Assembly (NCBI RefSeq): GCF_002113885.1
Contig: NW_018406089.1
Coordinates: forward strand, 198,351 to 262,350
DNA: 64,000 bases
Reading direction: 5' to 3'
From: Mizuhopecten yessoensis
Taxonomy: Eukaryota
Position 1 is the first letter of the stretch; each line of letters opens with the position of its first letter. The position numbers and the translations under genes were made by a program. Shown here in pieces: positions 1-14,052 of the stretch. Below the pieces are notes generated by a model. It was given only the letters and a program-made list of their open reading frames with translations, did not search any database and was not told where the DNA came from.

Positions 1-390
1 TGTAAGTGTATACGTGTAGTGTATGTCTATATGTGTAGTGTATGTCTATACGTGTAGTGTATGTATAAACGTGTAGTGTAAGTCTATACGTGTAGTGTAT
101 ATCTATATGTGTATTGTAAGTGTATACGTGTAGTGTATGTCTATATGTGTAGTGTATGTCTATACGTGTAGTGTATGTATAAACGTGTATTGTAAGTGTA
201 TACGTGTAGTGTATGTCTATATGTGTAGTGTATGTCTATACGTGTAGTGTATGTATAAACGTGTAGTGTATGTCTATACGTGTAGTGTATGCATATATGT
301 GTAGAGTATGTCTTTATGTGTAGTGTATGTCTATATGTGTAGTGTAAGTCTATACGTGTAGTGTAAGTCTATACGTGTAGTTTATCTATA
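1..390. repeat. 19-bp minisatellite (tacgtgtagtgtatgtcta)n, about 20 copies, running off the window start
   Basis: 19-nt periodicity read directly; lies in the intron downstream of the KCTD exon. Confidence 0.9.
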
Positions 391-526
391 CACTACATGT
401 ATAAACGGATACTGTTCATCAATATATTAGTATAGTATTATTACACTCTCGACTCATTGGATAAACCTGCTATATGAGTTAGTTAACATGTTTAGGGTTA
501 TGGTATCATAGAAGAAATTAATATAA

Positions 527-763
527 ACTTTATTTATTTTACAACAGTTACGAAGCATTTTATTTAAACTTATATTGATCACTAATCACTCGTATTGGTC
601 CGGTTGCGCGGGGTACTTTCTGTTGGAGGAAAATGGAGCACCCGGAGTAAACCCCAGTGTGTAGGCAGATGACCCCATACCTTTTCACGTCCGATCGGGG
701 AATCGGACCTCGACCGCCTTGGTTAAAGGCAAGTGCGCTATCGAATGCGACACCCGACCACCC
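527..763 (-). mobile_element. tRNA-derived SINE, V-SINE-like
   Basis: Minus strand has a tRNA-like head with degenerate A/B boxes (GGTCCGATTCC), then GGGTTTACTCCGGGTGCTCC..TTTCCTCC resembling the V-SINE central domain, then an AAAT-rich tail. A homologous copy lies at 54690-54900. Confidence 0.75.
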
Positions 764-1213
764 AATCCATTAGTTGGTATCACCATGGGCGTGATTTCAT
801 TGATCAATCTTTCAATTATAACGTCAGTAAACAATGCTTTGCATAGTCATCTTTCATTGTGACGTCATGTATCATGGTAATTGTTTCCAAGATAGGGAAC
901 TTCTGGACATTAAATGGGTGTTGTGACAGAAAAAAAGACTATCAAATCGTGATGGTTAATTATTGTATTCACCGAATTGTCATTAGTAAGTTATCAAATT
1001 TGAATTGAAAGACATTCGGCAAACCACGAGTCTTATGCACACTGTTAAAATTAACTAATGATAAACATGATAGCTAACCATTATCCATTGAGGAACCTCT
1101 ATGTCTCAACTGTTCAAATTTCTTTATAGTATAAAGTCGAAGATTTTGTTACAATTATGGTTTGGAGTTTAGAGAAAAAGAAATAAAGAAAAAGAAAGGC
1201 ATTGTATACTTAC

Positions 1214-1383
1214 TTAGTAAGCGTCTCCAACGATGACGTATATATGACTCCGCCTACGTCGATATGGACAGGTGCCGTGTAGCGGGTTGGTGTCGCTGGG
1301 CAGGGCACTCCGGAGATTTTGGAAAACGAGTGACCATTCTGTGATATTGGTGGGGAGGCGACCGGTGTGTGAGGAGAGGACAT
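1214..1383 (-). CDS. KCTD1/KCTD15: KCTD1/KCTD15-like BTB/POZ protein, first coding exon (rest lies left of the window)
   Basis: [12 protein letters not shown]...[33 protein letters not shown] matches the KCTD1/15 motif [20 protein letters not shown]. Ends at a GTAAGT donor (1213). An in-frame stop upstream supports the ATG at 1383. Confidence 0.9.
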
Positions 1384-2487
1384 TGTCCAATCGTTAATAG
1401 TTTCCAATGTCCAGAGTTGATGTTCTTAAAGGTCTTCCAGTCTTCCAGAAAGTACAGTACCTCCTTTCCCGGTTCAATAATCGTCAGTACTGTCTCGTTA
1501 CATGGAGATGTTTGTTAAAAATGGTCTACAAGTTGAGCTTTGACCTTCAGATTAACTGTCGCTGTCCTACAATGGAACAAATTAACACCTATTGACGTGA
1601 AATGACACCTGAGTGACGACTACATATGTTTACATCGTACAATATCCACACAAAACTCTACTACAACAATGCATCGGGACACCTAAACGAACCAAACGTA
1701 CAAGCCGAGTCCTTTGTGTTGTTGTACTTGATGAAAGCTACACAGCCCCGTATCTACCCCCGCGGGTAATTACAAGGTTCAACACTAAAGAGAATTAAGC
1801 CTGCCGCCAGTTATATCGAAGTTCCGGTCATGCCCAAAGGCAATGTAATATGGCGACATTTCAGAACCACCTGCGGGTTGCCGGAGGGGGTTATTTATTG
1901 TTAATGAGAAACAGTGTTCCGCTAGAGGCAGACTAAGCCAGTACACGGTCATACCCTTTGGTTATATACAATTAATAACTACCAAACGATACACACGATT
2001 CATACATTTAAAAAAAACTTACTTATTTAATGGTATACAACAGCTTGATAAAACTCTCAAGGTAATTAAAAAAGCTGCTTGCACAGCAGTAGTGCACAAG
2101 GGGACTCGGCCGGTTACCATACACTGGCGATTTACTGATGTAATAACTAATATAGCTTCCAAAAAACTCTGCCCCAGTTTCTTCTAAGAGGGACAAATTA
2201 ATCGGTCGAAGAAATAACAATTATTTGAAGACCAGACCTGCGGCGAAAATTGGTGACTTATTGCATTCATTGTTTAATATTAATATAAATATATTCAGCA
2301 ATTATTTTTAAATGGGATAGGTTAATTAAAACATGGCCCATAAACGTTCATTATGTTGATATCATTAAGAAAACGTGTTTTTTTGTTTATAACTAAAAAA
2401 ACACCAATTTAAACAATTTGTAAGAAATTGTGAAAACCAGATTTTTGAAAATATATTGATGACGACAGGTAAAAGATATCAGTAAAC

Positions 2488-2516
2488 CACGGACTTAGAT
2501 CCAATCTAATTCCGTG
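2488..2516. mobile_element. 29-bp palindromic TIR-only element or excision footprint, 7-bp TSD AGTAAAC
   Basis: agtaaac|cacggacttagat cca atctaattccgtg|agtaaac; related copies at 14628 and 49070. Confidence 0.85.
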
Positions 2517-3185
2517 AGTAAACTAAATAACCCAAAATTTCCCCTTCTTAACATAAAATAAAACATCCAAATAATTTAAGCCGTTCTTTTTCCAAATAAC
2601 TAAAACAACATAGGGGAGCCACAACTGAATCCTTACTCAGGCACTGATAGTGCTGTGTAAACCTGGTTTTCATTTAGAATTGATTTTTTATCTGCATCCG
2701 GCTATTTCTTGCTGGTACCACGACACTATGAAATAGTATGCATGAATTCAGTTGCAAACATGATTGTCTTGTAAGAAATAGTACCATTAAGGAAAAGATC
2801 AGTTAACAAAAACCTGCAACGAAGACGTCTTATTCTCATTTTGGTTGACATTTGACAAATATTACGGTCGCGACATTCGTTACTATCGACATGACCGAGG
2901 GATAATCCATGGTCATATCGTTCCCCCTGTATTTGTATTTACGACTTAGTGCTGGGGATTTTGAGTGGAGATACAAGTGTATAGTTTTCGAACATGATAA
3001 TATTTGAAACATGTGTCCCATGCCTACCAATCGAGTATCTCGTGTCCCAATAATATACGTGCATACTCTTTTGTTATATACATTTCGGAACCAGACCTAG
3101 ACATTTGGTCTATATTGTAGTCCTACAAGTTTCTTTTCAGTCGGAATTAAGCGTCAATTTTACATTTATAGTTGTCGGAGAATAA

Positions 3186-3737
3186 AACAAGAGGCCCATG
3201 GGCCGAACGGTCACCTGAGTTCTACAGTATTTATTTTTGTTGTTGAAATATGTACCAATTTGAGTACAAAATAGTTAAGCATACCATTAACTTAAGTTTG
3301 TCAGATCCATGGGCTGATCATTTCTAGACTGAGTTTCAGTTAAATCGGCCTATTAGAACTTGTTTTTAAGTTTGAAATAGTTTTTTTCAAAATGGCGGCC
3401 GTATCGGCCATATTGGATTTCTGATCGACCCGAAAAATAACAGCACTTTGTCAGGACCATTAGTCGATCATTCCTACAAAGTTTCAGTTCAATCGGCCCA
3501 GTAGAACTTGACTTTAAGTTTGAAATAGTTTTTCAAAATGGCGGCCGTGGCGGCCATATTGGATTTCTGATGGACCCGAAAAATAACGACACTTGGTCAA
3601 GGAGATGTCAGTAACCTTCCCATGAAATATTACTGAAATCCCTTTGCCAGTATTTCAGCTTAAGTTGAAAATGTAAAATGTCAACGGACGACGACGAATA
3701 GCAATAGGTCACTTGAGCTAAAGCTCAGGTGACCTAA
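3186..3737 (+). mobile_element. HINE (non-autonomous Helentron-type) element with two core repeats
   Basis: AACAAGAGGCCC..GGTCACCTG start, duplicated ~145-bp core, (gac)n tract, 3' hairpin GGTCACTTGAGC..GCTCAGGTGACC before an A-run. Confidence 0.75.
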
Positions 3738-6379
3738 AAAAAATGCACATAAGTAATCAAGCGCTATTTCAGCAGTAAGAGACTGCGTTTGTGGATATTC
3801 ATATTTGTTAGATAAGTATTATAAATCACAATAAAATAATCTGCACCCACCGAGCGTCGTAACCGTTTGCACAGTCAAAGACTTTACCGTAACCATGGAA
3901 ACCGAGATAATTATGCGCTTCCGCCTATGTTGGTTTATTTTAACGAATTAATTTTATCACTCTTTAAATGAGTGGCTAATGAAAATACGGAGATTACGGA
4001 TATGGCGTGGTTTTCAAAACACTTAAATAAAGCAAAATACAGGTTGGCCATTACTTGTAGTCTACATTCTAATCGTTTGATCAAATGATGGCTCAAGACA
4101 AGTTTGTTATTCAGAGTTTCATTTTGTTGCATTCTCCATTACCGTTAGTGTAAATATGTCAACTGTACAACTGCAACCACTACGCAATAGCGAGTATTTC
4201 TATGTGGACCTTTCATATATCAAAAAAGTATAATGACACCTCGGCGGATTTTTTTTCTTTCAAACATATATTTTTTTAAATTAAACAGTAGAATCTTGTT
4301 TAATTATGTCCATATTTTCATGAAATGGACATGCACTGATAAGACGGCGGAGTTACCTCGATCCCCTGTCAGCAACGAGGTCTAGAGTAATACTTTATAC
4401 CGATGTAACAATACCGGTTGTTAGCCGTAGAACGTTACATCCTAGGATATAGGATTGTATCCTGGCCAAAGCTAAATACGCCTATAGTGACTCAATGTCC
4501 ATTTGTAAAAATACGAATTTCGTCACTTACCGTATATCAGCGATTCGTGTTTTTAAGGTTGGTTGGTTCTTACTTTCAAAACGTGATATCCGCTTTTAAG
4601 CACGGACCGAGTTTGATTCTGAGCTTAATTTAACTTTTAAAACGACCTCCAAATACTTGCATATTATATTGCTTATACTTGGGTGCAGCCCTGGTAAAAT
4701 TCGTATGGTATTGCAAGTTGCAAAACATTATTGAACGATTTTAATACACAGAGTATTACCGGTAAATTCTTATACATCAGGAGTAAAAATATCTCCACAG
4801 TACACCAAACACGATAGACATATGTAAATAGTTAGAAATAACGAAGGTGATAGTTATTTCGGACTAAATGTGATTGAAATAATTTGTACTAAAATAGTCA
4901 ACACCTATATTGTATTGCTCGTTAGAATGGTTGCACGTGTAAATTGTACCACGTGATGTTGATGTAACCACGTGCATCAAACTTCAACACCAGTGGCTGT
5001 TCACTGTCGCGTCGAGGCTAGTAGTTCAGTACCGAAAGTAGCACAATGAAGGTGACAAATACCTAATGCAGTAATTAAGCTTCCCCGAGGGCACAGGTGT
5101 CCCGGGTAAGCTGAACATTCTATCCATTGTCGAACATAAAAAGGTTACTGGCCGTCCTTAATGTACAGCCTTATCCATATAGATTGTCACATAGCTACAG
5201 ATATCGAGTCATATATTAATCTGTTATAAAAGCCACAAACGAGCAAACATGCTACAGTTTTTGGCACTAATCGTGTAACAGGGTTACAAGTTTATACGGA
5301 ATATACCTGTACAGCCAATCACACACAAAGGTACTAAAAAATCAACCAACCATGACTTCAGCTAACGTATATATATGTACGACGGATTGACACAGAACGT
5401 GCCTTCCTCTTTTACAGACTAGAACAACAGTAGAATAGAACGTTATGTAAAAATGATGTCTATATATCGCCTATAAAGAGGTACATACCTGAATTAACAC
5501 GTATAATCTCCCGGCGACACAGGCTGTTTATTTGAGAACAAGGACAGTTTTACCACCTCTCACTGGCTTTCCCTACGTAAATGAGCTTAGACAGCCTTAC
5601 AGTGGGTTTTAACTCCCGGGTACGTACCCTGGGGCCATGTTTCTATTTAGCGCGAGATCGGAGCTCGCTGTCGGCCTCTACTCGGTAACAAACAGTGGCG
5701 TGGTAGGAAAATGATGCGCCCGAGGCGCTTCTCCATAGCAACGGAACAGATGCTGCGAGAGGCGCCGTCGTGCGCTAATATCAAACTCAATTTAGATAGA
5801 AAAAGTGGAAGTGGGGATAACGGAGAGGACTGGTATTTGACCTTTCAACTTCTCCGATATATTTTATCTACATACAATTTACACGTTGGAAACTATATCA
5901 TATATATATATATCAGTCAAAGTCTGATACACAATATTTAGAATATGTATGTCTTTGCATATAATAAATAATCTATATAACAAAATTCCTGCATAAATAT
6001 TTCATCTCATACACAGTGTTGGTGCACAATCAAACGCTTGTTTTCTAAATAACGTCGGGTTTAACAGAATGCAGGTCTGTCTCATCCCACAGCGAGAACT
6101 GCTTAAATCGAACACTGAATAAACCAATTGTGAAGACACTTGCCTAAACCAACCCCTCTGTAATATTTTTTTTTTATCAGACATTACATTGGCCCCATAG
6201 CATCTTCTTGTCCGCAATCCTGGCATTCCGAATCAGTTAATGTTTAGAAAGGTTTCACTGTACAAAACACTTTCCGGTTTGTTGTCTGTGTATTTACTTG
6301 AAAATTACCGGTTTTACCTTAAACCGATCCATGATGCTGTAGAAACGTGCTGCTATACAAACACACAAGAACTTATGAA

Positions 6380-7506
6380 TAGGGCTGTAACGATACACCG
6401 CGGTGCACCGAAAACCGGGCTAAATTGCTTCGGTTCGGTTCACGGTATTTTTTTTCCGTGTTTCGGTTCGGTTCGGTTTTTAGTATTACCTGACTTCCGG
6501 AATTTAACCATACAGGTGCAATGTAAATATTTATTCTCCAGCGTCACCTACGATGATAATAAAGGTTTTGAAGGGTTTGACATGGTTAATGTGGAAAAAC
6601 TTCGGTGTAACATAATATGTTACTTTCCAATGAACGGCTTTGTGCCCTACGCAAACAGGTTAATATCGGCGGACCGTGGCGCACATGTCGTCTGCAGGTG
6701 AGGCCGAATTGAACATTAACATTAACATTGATACGTTTTGAGCCGATTGCTTTCTTCAAACTATATATCGATGATTTAATCATAAACTAAACCGTAGCTA
6801 AAATATATCGACTGTGACAGTAAATATATCGAATGACGACTTGAAACCTGTAGCAAATCACATGCAATTCTTAATGAAATACCTGGCCTTTTTACCTGAT
6901 AATCTCCGTGTAAATGTACAGCGTCTTATGCCATAAATGAAGTTTATAATCTCTGATATCATTTGCCAATCACATTTGCTGACAAAAATAATTTTAAAAT
7001 TATCTTTTTGGTGCTTAAATCCCGATTAATTAAAAGTTTCACCCTTTTTTACCTTTATTAAAACCTGTACAGGTAAATACTGAAGCAATTTTAGAATTGA
7101 AAACGTTAATGTAAACTAGAGACAATAACGAACAATTTTCATATAACTTTTATTCACATATATTTGAAAAATCAAGTAAATTAATTTATATTTCAATAAT
7201 TAATTCAGCAGTGGTGCCCCTTTACATAGAAATCAATGTAGCAGCATTAAGGGTTAAAAAAAACTCCCGCTTCCTTTCGCTCGCCTGTTTGGCAGCATTT
7301 TGGATTCCTGCTAAATGTCCCCGATGGAAAATCACTCTCCACTTGCCGCATATGTTTCGTAGATTTAAGTCAGGGAACACATCAAACATGGCGACACATT
7401 TGAAGAGGAAGCATAACATTTCTGTATCGTATCAAAATGTATCGTATCGTGGGTAGATATCGTGATACGTATCGTATCGTGGCATAGGTGTATCGTTACA
7501 GCCCTA
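6380..7506 (+). mobile_element. Non-autonomous hAT derivative with a BED zinc-finger remnant
   Basis: 20-bp TIR TAGGGCTGTAACGATACACC, perfect 8-bp TSD CTTATGAA (6372-6379 / 7507-7514), subterminal (CGGTT)n and (TATCG)n repeats, and a frameshifted BED finger SPVWQHFGF..CRIC..SGNTSNMATHLKRKH at about 7278-7425. Confidence 0.92.
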
Positions 7507-9074
7507 CTTATGAACGCTCTCGAAGTAATGAGTGAATATTTTAAACGAGTTTAACACTACATTGTTTGAGTGATTTACTTTTGTAATTATTTCTTGTAAC
7601 TACCAGACACGTGGAATCTTTGTGATGAAGCCAAGTGTGGCAGTTGACAACATTTCCCCAACATCAATTTTTCACGTGCCCGCCCCGTGTTACAGACACA
7701 TCTATGCCCCGAGGCTGCACGAGAAGTCACAAGATATATTTGACCCGAAGGGGAAGTTTCTATATTCCAAGGGCGATTTTCCAGTCTATGCCCGAAAGCG
7801 TACGATCTGGAGCACAGGTAATTACATATTAGAATATAGGCATAGGGTATGTTGTGTCTATTACCTGTGATCTGGAGAGTTATCGACTCGACTTTGTCGG
7901 CAAGATCCTCCATATATTTATTGTAGTGTTAGACAATTTTATTTCCTCCGGGATTCGACTTGCATTTCGATACACTACCTTATTTTTCATCTTTTGAAGT
8001 GACAAATGAAACACGACACAAACATATCTTATCGATAAAGCTTTTGAAACCAAAAAATATTGCTACTTTCATTGACCACTCCTGCCCTGCATTCGAACTC
8101 GTAAAGGGGGCTAACTCTAACGTAAATATCAGGATAATATTTACAAATATCCTAACGAGGCTCCATCCTTTCACAATTTACCAACATATCACATAATGGC
8201 TTCGTAACTAAACACTGTGTGTAGAGATGATTTTAGGAAAATCTTAGCATTCCGATAGATTGGAAAAGGTGAGAATATAGGATTGCACTGAATAGTTATG
8301 AAAAATAGGAAATATCGAGCATCACATAGAAAGTATATTGTATTAAATTATTATTATTATTATTATTATTTATGAAGATAGATTATGTTATACATACACT
8401 ACTTGGGGTGCCGGTTTTGTCGGGTCATCTTAAAAGTGCAACCTCATTCATCTATCACACCACAAGATAGCATTCTCTATTACTTACCGCATTCAAACTT
8501 CAGTTTAAACTCGTTAAAGCTGGTAGCTCCAGTAGGTGGTTGCAGGTTGTACTAGGTTATCGACGGAAGGGGAGCAACTCTTGTACAGGTTACCATTTAA
8601 CTAAAATGTTGAGTAGACACCGATCGATTTCCACACATTAGGAAGTTCTATTGGTATGTCCTAAGTGATTCCGGAAAGGTGAATAAAAACAGTGCATCGG
8701 TCAAAGTTTTACAAGACCATCGTAACAAAATCTTCGATAACGTGTTTTGTATTACGACACCAATTTGCAGGCGTTTTTTTTTTGTAGCTTACAGTTCATG
8801 TTGAAAATATCTTAAGCATAGTTCACATGGACTTGCTTCTCATGTTCTATTCCAAGATGAACCTGCGTACCGAATCTCGTTATTTCCAGGTGAAATATAG
8901 AAGATAGGTATTGGACAAATTTTTTCAAATGTTAAGGTTCAAGCTAAAGCCTAGATCACAGCGACCTCTTTCTAGCATTTAATCAACAGTTGGGAAGGGG
9001 AGTCCTGCAAATGCAGTGCTTGTTCTTGATCGGTGTTAAAATTACTATGCAGCTTTTTATGTTTATTTCCAGCT

Positions 9075-9252
9075 TAGTGCTTATTGGACACTGTCATAGT
9101 GCTTATTGGACACTGCCATAGTGCTTATTGGACACTGCCTTAGTGCTTATTGGACACTGCCTTAGTGCTTATTGGACACTGCCTTAGTTCTTATTGGACA
9201 CTGCCTTAGTGCTTATTGGACACTGCCTTAGTGCTTATTGGACACTGCCATA
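9075..9252. repeat. 22-bp minisatellite (tagtgcttattggacactgcct) x8
   Basis: Direct periodicity. Confidence 0.9.
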
Positions 9253-10812
9253 ATGCTTTGCTTTTACATTATCCTTATTTATCGTAGTGCTTTCTTATGA
9301 ATTTCAGTTGTCTCTTATTTAGCATGTTGATTATAATTTATGTGTTCAGGCGCGTAACAACCTATGTAGCAAAAAAGCCCGGGTTTACACATCATTTTTG
9401 ACAAAATAAAATAAAAATATAAACGCAACATAGACTATATGATATGAAATATTAAAAAGCAATGACAGGTGTTTTGTATCTGCTGTAAAGACCGCCAACT
9501 AAAAGGCTTCGTTGCAATCAAAGTATCTAACAAATGAAGAACTGAGGGTAGCATATTCATTCGGCATGGTAATCGCGCCAGTGACACTCTAGCCTTGCTA
9601 ATTATCCCAAAACTAACTCTAGTTTCCCCCGTGAAATAAAGTGTTTCTAAGGTTTTGACCGCTTGTATACATATAAAGGGAACAATATGGTTGGTAGCCT
9701 GGCTTCTATCATTCGACATGGTTACCGTGTCAGTGCAACCCTAGCTATGCAAATTATTGATATACACATAGTACTCACTAGCCAGATATGCCAGACAATT
9801 TTTTTCAAAAGTTAAGATCAAAGGTCACCTCGGTGACCTTCTTACATCTCAAGATGTCCTTGTATACCGAATCTAGCTACTCCAGACAAAATATTATATA
9901 AGATATGTCCCAGACAAACGGACAGAGTGCAAACCTATAGTTCCCCCACCCCTGATCCTGGAATAAAACAACTACTATTTGATAAACTGTAACCTATAGG
10001 CCAATTATCACCCCTGCATCCTCTGTGGAAATCCAGTTAGTTGTTTTTAAGGATAGTAAGGGTTTCACTTCTGATCTAGGAACTTATGTAAATCATTAAT
10101 TATTTGCCTGTATTGAATCAAGTTGCTGGTCCTTAGAAACATTCAACATGGGTTGGACTTCAGTTTGTAAAATGAATGATTTATGATGGTGACTCGGTGA
10201 GAAACGAAATAATGTTGTAAATCAGGATTTTTCTACTACAATTTCTAACTTTTTTTTTCTTCACTTAGGTACAGAAACATTTCATCATTTCAGTACTTGA
10301 GTTTCAGATTTCATATGATGACATATACAGTAATAAAAAACAAATTCATTTAATTTCTTTCATTTATTCACTTGACCACAATTGATGAAACAGCAAACTT
10401 TCTCTCCATCTAAAAAAATGAAACCGACCACTGCATTGGTCAATGAAAAAGTGGTCAACATCTCTCTCGCACACAATCAGCTTTCATTCTCCAACACAAT
10501 TCCCCTCACTCTCTCACATGAAATGGTCACCTAGAATATCTTACAATACAAATGATAGATGTAAAAGGAAATAATCCTTTCAATGGATTGTGGATCACAT
10601 ATTGGATCCCAAAATGTGATAACACTCGTCAGTTGATCAAACTTCCTCGATGACCGTGTTCAGATAATGTCATTTGTCTCTGTTCACTATGATTCTGTTA
10701 GATCTTACATAACATCTAGATTTTTCACAAACTTTGTTCTTGCACAGTCTCTGTATGACAAACAATATTGAAAGACATGGATGTGTTATACGTCCCAATC
10801 TGCTTGTCTCTT

Positions 10813-13800
10813 CTACCTTCTCATTCCTGGGGGCGGTCCTGAAGAAAAAATAATTGCACATAAGGACCTTTTCTTCAACATTATTTTCTATAGAAGACTG
10901 CTATCCGTTATTCTTGATGAACCAAGTTAATGATGAGCAAATCCGAACAGTGATATTTTCCCAGCTGAATTTGGGACCTTATAAAGATAATTTCAGCTGT
11001 ATTTTCTCAAAATAATTGCAGAAATCACTTTATTTTCCTCAAGTCATGTTTTCTGTGATGTGTTCCCAAAGTGACAAGGCACAGGCCCCAGTAAAAAAAA
11101 AGACAGAAAAAATTACTGCCTAAATATTAGTTGTTTATTTGCAAGATTTGTTACAAACACAATCATTTATAATTAATTAATCAGAAAATGACTAATCTAA
11201 CCACTAGGTACTAAATATGTTATTATAACAAAAGCTAAAATACGGTCATCATGATTTACTTACCCCTCATCATACCAGGAGGTGGTCCTCTCATACCTGG
11301 CCCACCTCGTCCTCCCATCGGTGGTCCTCGCATACCCATCATGCCTGGTGGTGGACCCCCTCGCCCTGGGGGACCTGGGGACAGAATAATCAAATTATAT
11401 GCAATACTGGTTTTTGCAAACTGTTTTCAAACAGGTGGAGTACTTTTTATGTAAAAGGGTTGGATGGGTTGAATCAAGATGCTGATCCTCACCATCTAAG
11501 GATAGTTTTATGGGATGCTGGTGAAAACCCACCACTTAGCATAGGAGATGTCCTTTGACAGTTTTTTCACAAGGGTTTAGGATGGATTTTCAGCCTTTCC
11601 ATGATCAGGTATTACAGTTTATTAATTACAAACAATAAAATTATTAGCTAATGTTCTTTTGCTGTACATGAGCTACAGAAAGTTATGGTACTTTGGTGTC
11701 TTGTGTGCATTTCACAGGGACTTGATGGATGTGATTTTTTTCCTTTTTTCTTCTTACTTAGATATATTTTGACAATGTTTTAATCAAAAGTGGCAAATCT
11801 CTGAAAGAATAATAATGCTGCAGTTTCAATCCTGTGTAATACTTGCATGAACCTGATGTTTTGCTATCAATTTTAACGTTTATTCATAAACTGTTCAACT
11901 CTGAAATACATGATGCAGTGCTCCACCTGGATTTTTTCTCCCATGAATTTCATGAGAGGGGGATATTTTGAATTTTCAAGCGAAACGAAACAGTGAGCGC
12001 CAAAAATTTTGTTTGAACATGTACGTTTTGGATAAATTTATTCCTATATTTTCTTTGCATTTTAGTCTCCATTTTTTCTGCATATTATGTTTTAACCAAT
12101 CAGAAAATGCCTTAAGGATGTCTGGCTACACAACATTAAATGTTTTAAAACTCTAAAATCTGAAAGGATACAAAATATTAACAAAATCACAAACCACATT
12201 TGACTAGATTTTTTTAATTTTCCATGGCTACATCTATTTCTTAAAAATAACTCTCGATTTAGTATTGTGCCACCCCTTCAGGGCTTAGATTGCTGTTTCA
12301 TTCAAGAATTTGTAGGATATATTTAGCTTAAATTGTCAGAATACTGTCCTAAATCTATTTATTCTACGTTAGGCATATTGAAGTCTGGATCATCCTAACA
12401 CTTCACTTGACTTACTGTACTTCCACTTTGAATTCGCATGAGCAACGATATCATTAGTTTTAATGTTTAAATTGTGTAAACCCAGAAAATATGCAATTCA
12501 AAGACAGACATTCAATCCCATTTAGAGAAATTCAGTGCAATATTTTTTGAAAAAGCAGGGTAAATGTTGTGGCCCAGAGTGATCCCTGATAATGTTAAGT
12601 TTATTCAACCGACCTCTCATTTGTGGTGGTGCAGACATTGTGCTGCGGTTAGGGTTCATCATCTGTGAGCCAGGCCCGCCAACGCCTCTGACTGGACCCT
12701 GTAGACCCTGGTGAGGTCCTCCACCCATTCCACGTCCTGCTGCCCGACCAATACCAGCGCCTGGTCCAGCACCAGAGAGGGGCACTCGAGCAATACCTTC
12801 CTGTATAAGATATTCAATGGATTATTTTTACCATATCAATATCAATTCTATACAAATTTAACATAGCATACAAACAGTATATATTGTGTCTGATTTTTTT
12901 TTTTCAACAAATGCCTTTGCTACTTGATAAATTAATAGATGACATGATTATTTAATCACGATGTACTCGGAAATCCTGGACTCATTTACAATTTTGGAGA
13001 ACCATCCTGTAAGAATTAATTACAGGACAATGGGACTCATAAATATTTTTTAAATGATATGCACATGCAAAAAACTATCATTAAATAACTAAAGATAACA
13101 TGTCAAAAAGTGTTAAACAAAAAACAGTGTCATTCTTTCAAAATTGTGCCCAACCTGTCATTAAATAGAGACAGAAAATGTATAGGTCAAATATAAGAAA
13201 TTAAGAATATTGATTTTAGGGTGCAAGATACATAATCGTCTGAATGTTTTGTTGTTGCATACCCTTTTCCTTAATTTGTTTTTTACTTACTTACTGCCCA
13301 TTACGCCCAGTGGCATGTGGGGCAGCAACGAAATTTGTTTTTTACATACTGTTTATTATACTTTTTTATCTGAACAAACAAACTTCTGTACCTCAGCTGG
13401 AGGTGGTCCCTCTACAGTCATGGAGACCAGGTGTTCCCCTCGCAGTAACACCAGACCTAGAACCCTCTTCTCCTCCTTCTCACCACTTTTACTGCTCTTT
13501 GGCTTTACTTTCCTGAACTCGTCGCAATCTCCGAGGATGAGATTCATGTGTTTGTCAAATGCTTTGAATGTTCCAATAAATGTGCGGCTATCCTGCAGGG
13601 TGCATCGCATCCTGTAGTTGATGTGCTGCAGCATCTTCGAACTCCTACCCACCGTCTAGGAAAATGCAAATTACCATAATTTCTAACACTGTGTTACTTC
13701 GCAGAAATACATGATTTTCTTAATACAATATAAAGCGATACATATCAATTAATATCAATCCGTGTTTTAGTAGAATTGCTTTATTTGCAAACTCATCTTT

Positions 13801-14052
13801 AACTGTTCTATGTGGGAAAGAACCATGTGGAATAATGACAAGAAGACACAGAAAAACGAATCAAATATAAACTTTCATTCTCATTATGTCGCTAACTTGC
13901 AGAACGTATATGAAACGTCGCTTGCTTAGGTTTGTTTACAAACGCGACCCGGCATCCACTTTGTTTACATTCAGTGTATATTAATATACAAAAATGACAC
14001 ATGTATAACAAAGTTAAAATAAAAATGAATGCATGAAATTCAAACTTACCAT
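10813..14052 (-). CDS. SNRPB: snRNP core protein SmB/B' (196 aa)
   Basis: Exons 14050-14052 (ATG only), 13392-13655, 12614-12800, 11264-11374, 10813-10838; GT-AG introns with consistent phases. Sm1/Sm2 motifs ([35 protein letters not shown]) and a PPPGMR/RG-rich tail. AATAAA at about 10363. Confidence 0.97.
13287..13331 (-). mobile_element. 45-bp 5'-truncated retroelement 3' end (RTE-like) with 14-bp TSD
   Basis: Perfect TSD AATTTGTTTTTTAC (13273-13286 / 13332-13345). Minus strand ends GGGCAGTAAGTAAG. The RTE assignment comes from the (TAAG)n tail and is inference. Confidence 0.7.

Noticed and set aside
11375-12613. Intronic snoRNA in SNRPB
   Set aside because: No convincing box C/D pair with terminal stem or H/ACA structure was seen by eye.
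11251-13617. + strand ORFs overlapping SNRPB exons
   Set aside because: Antisense shadows of the coding exons.
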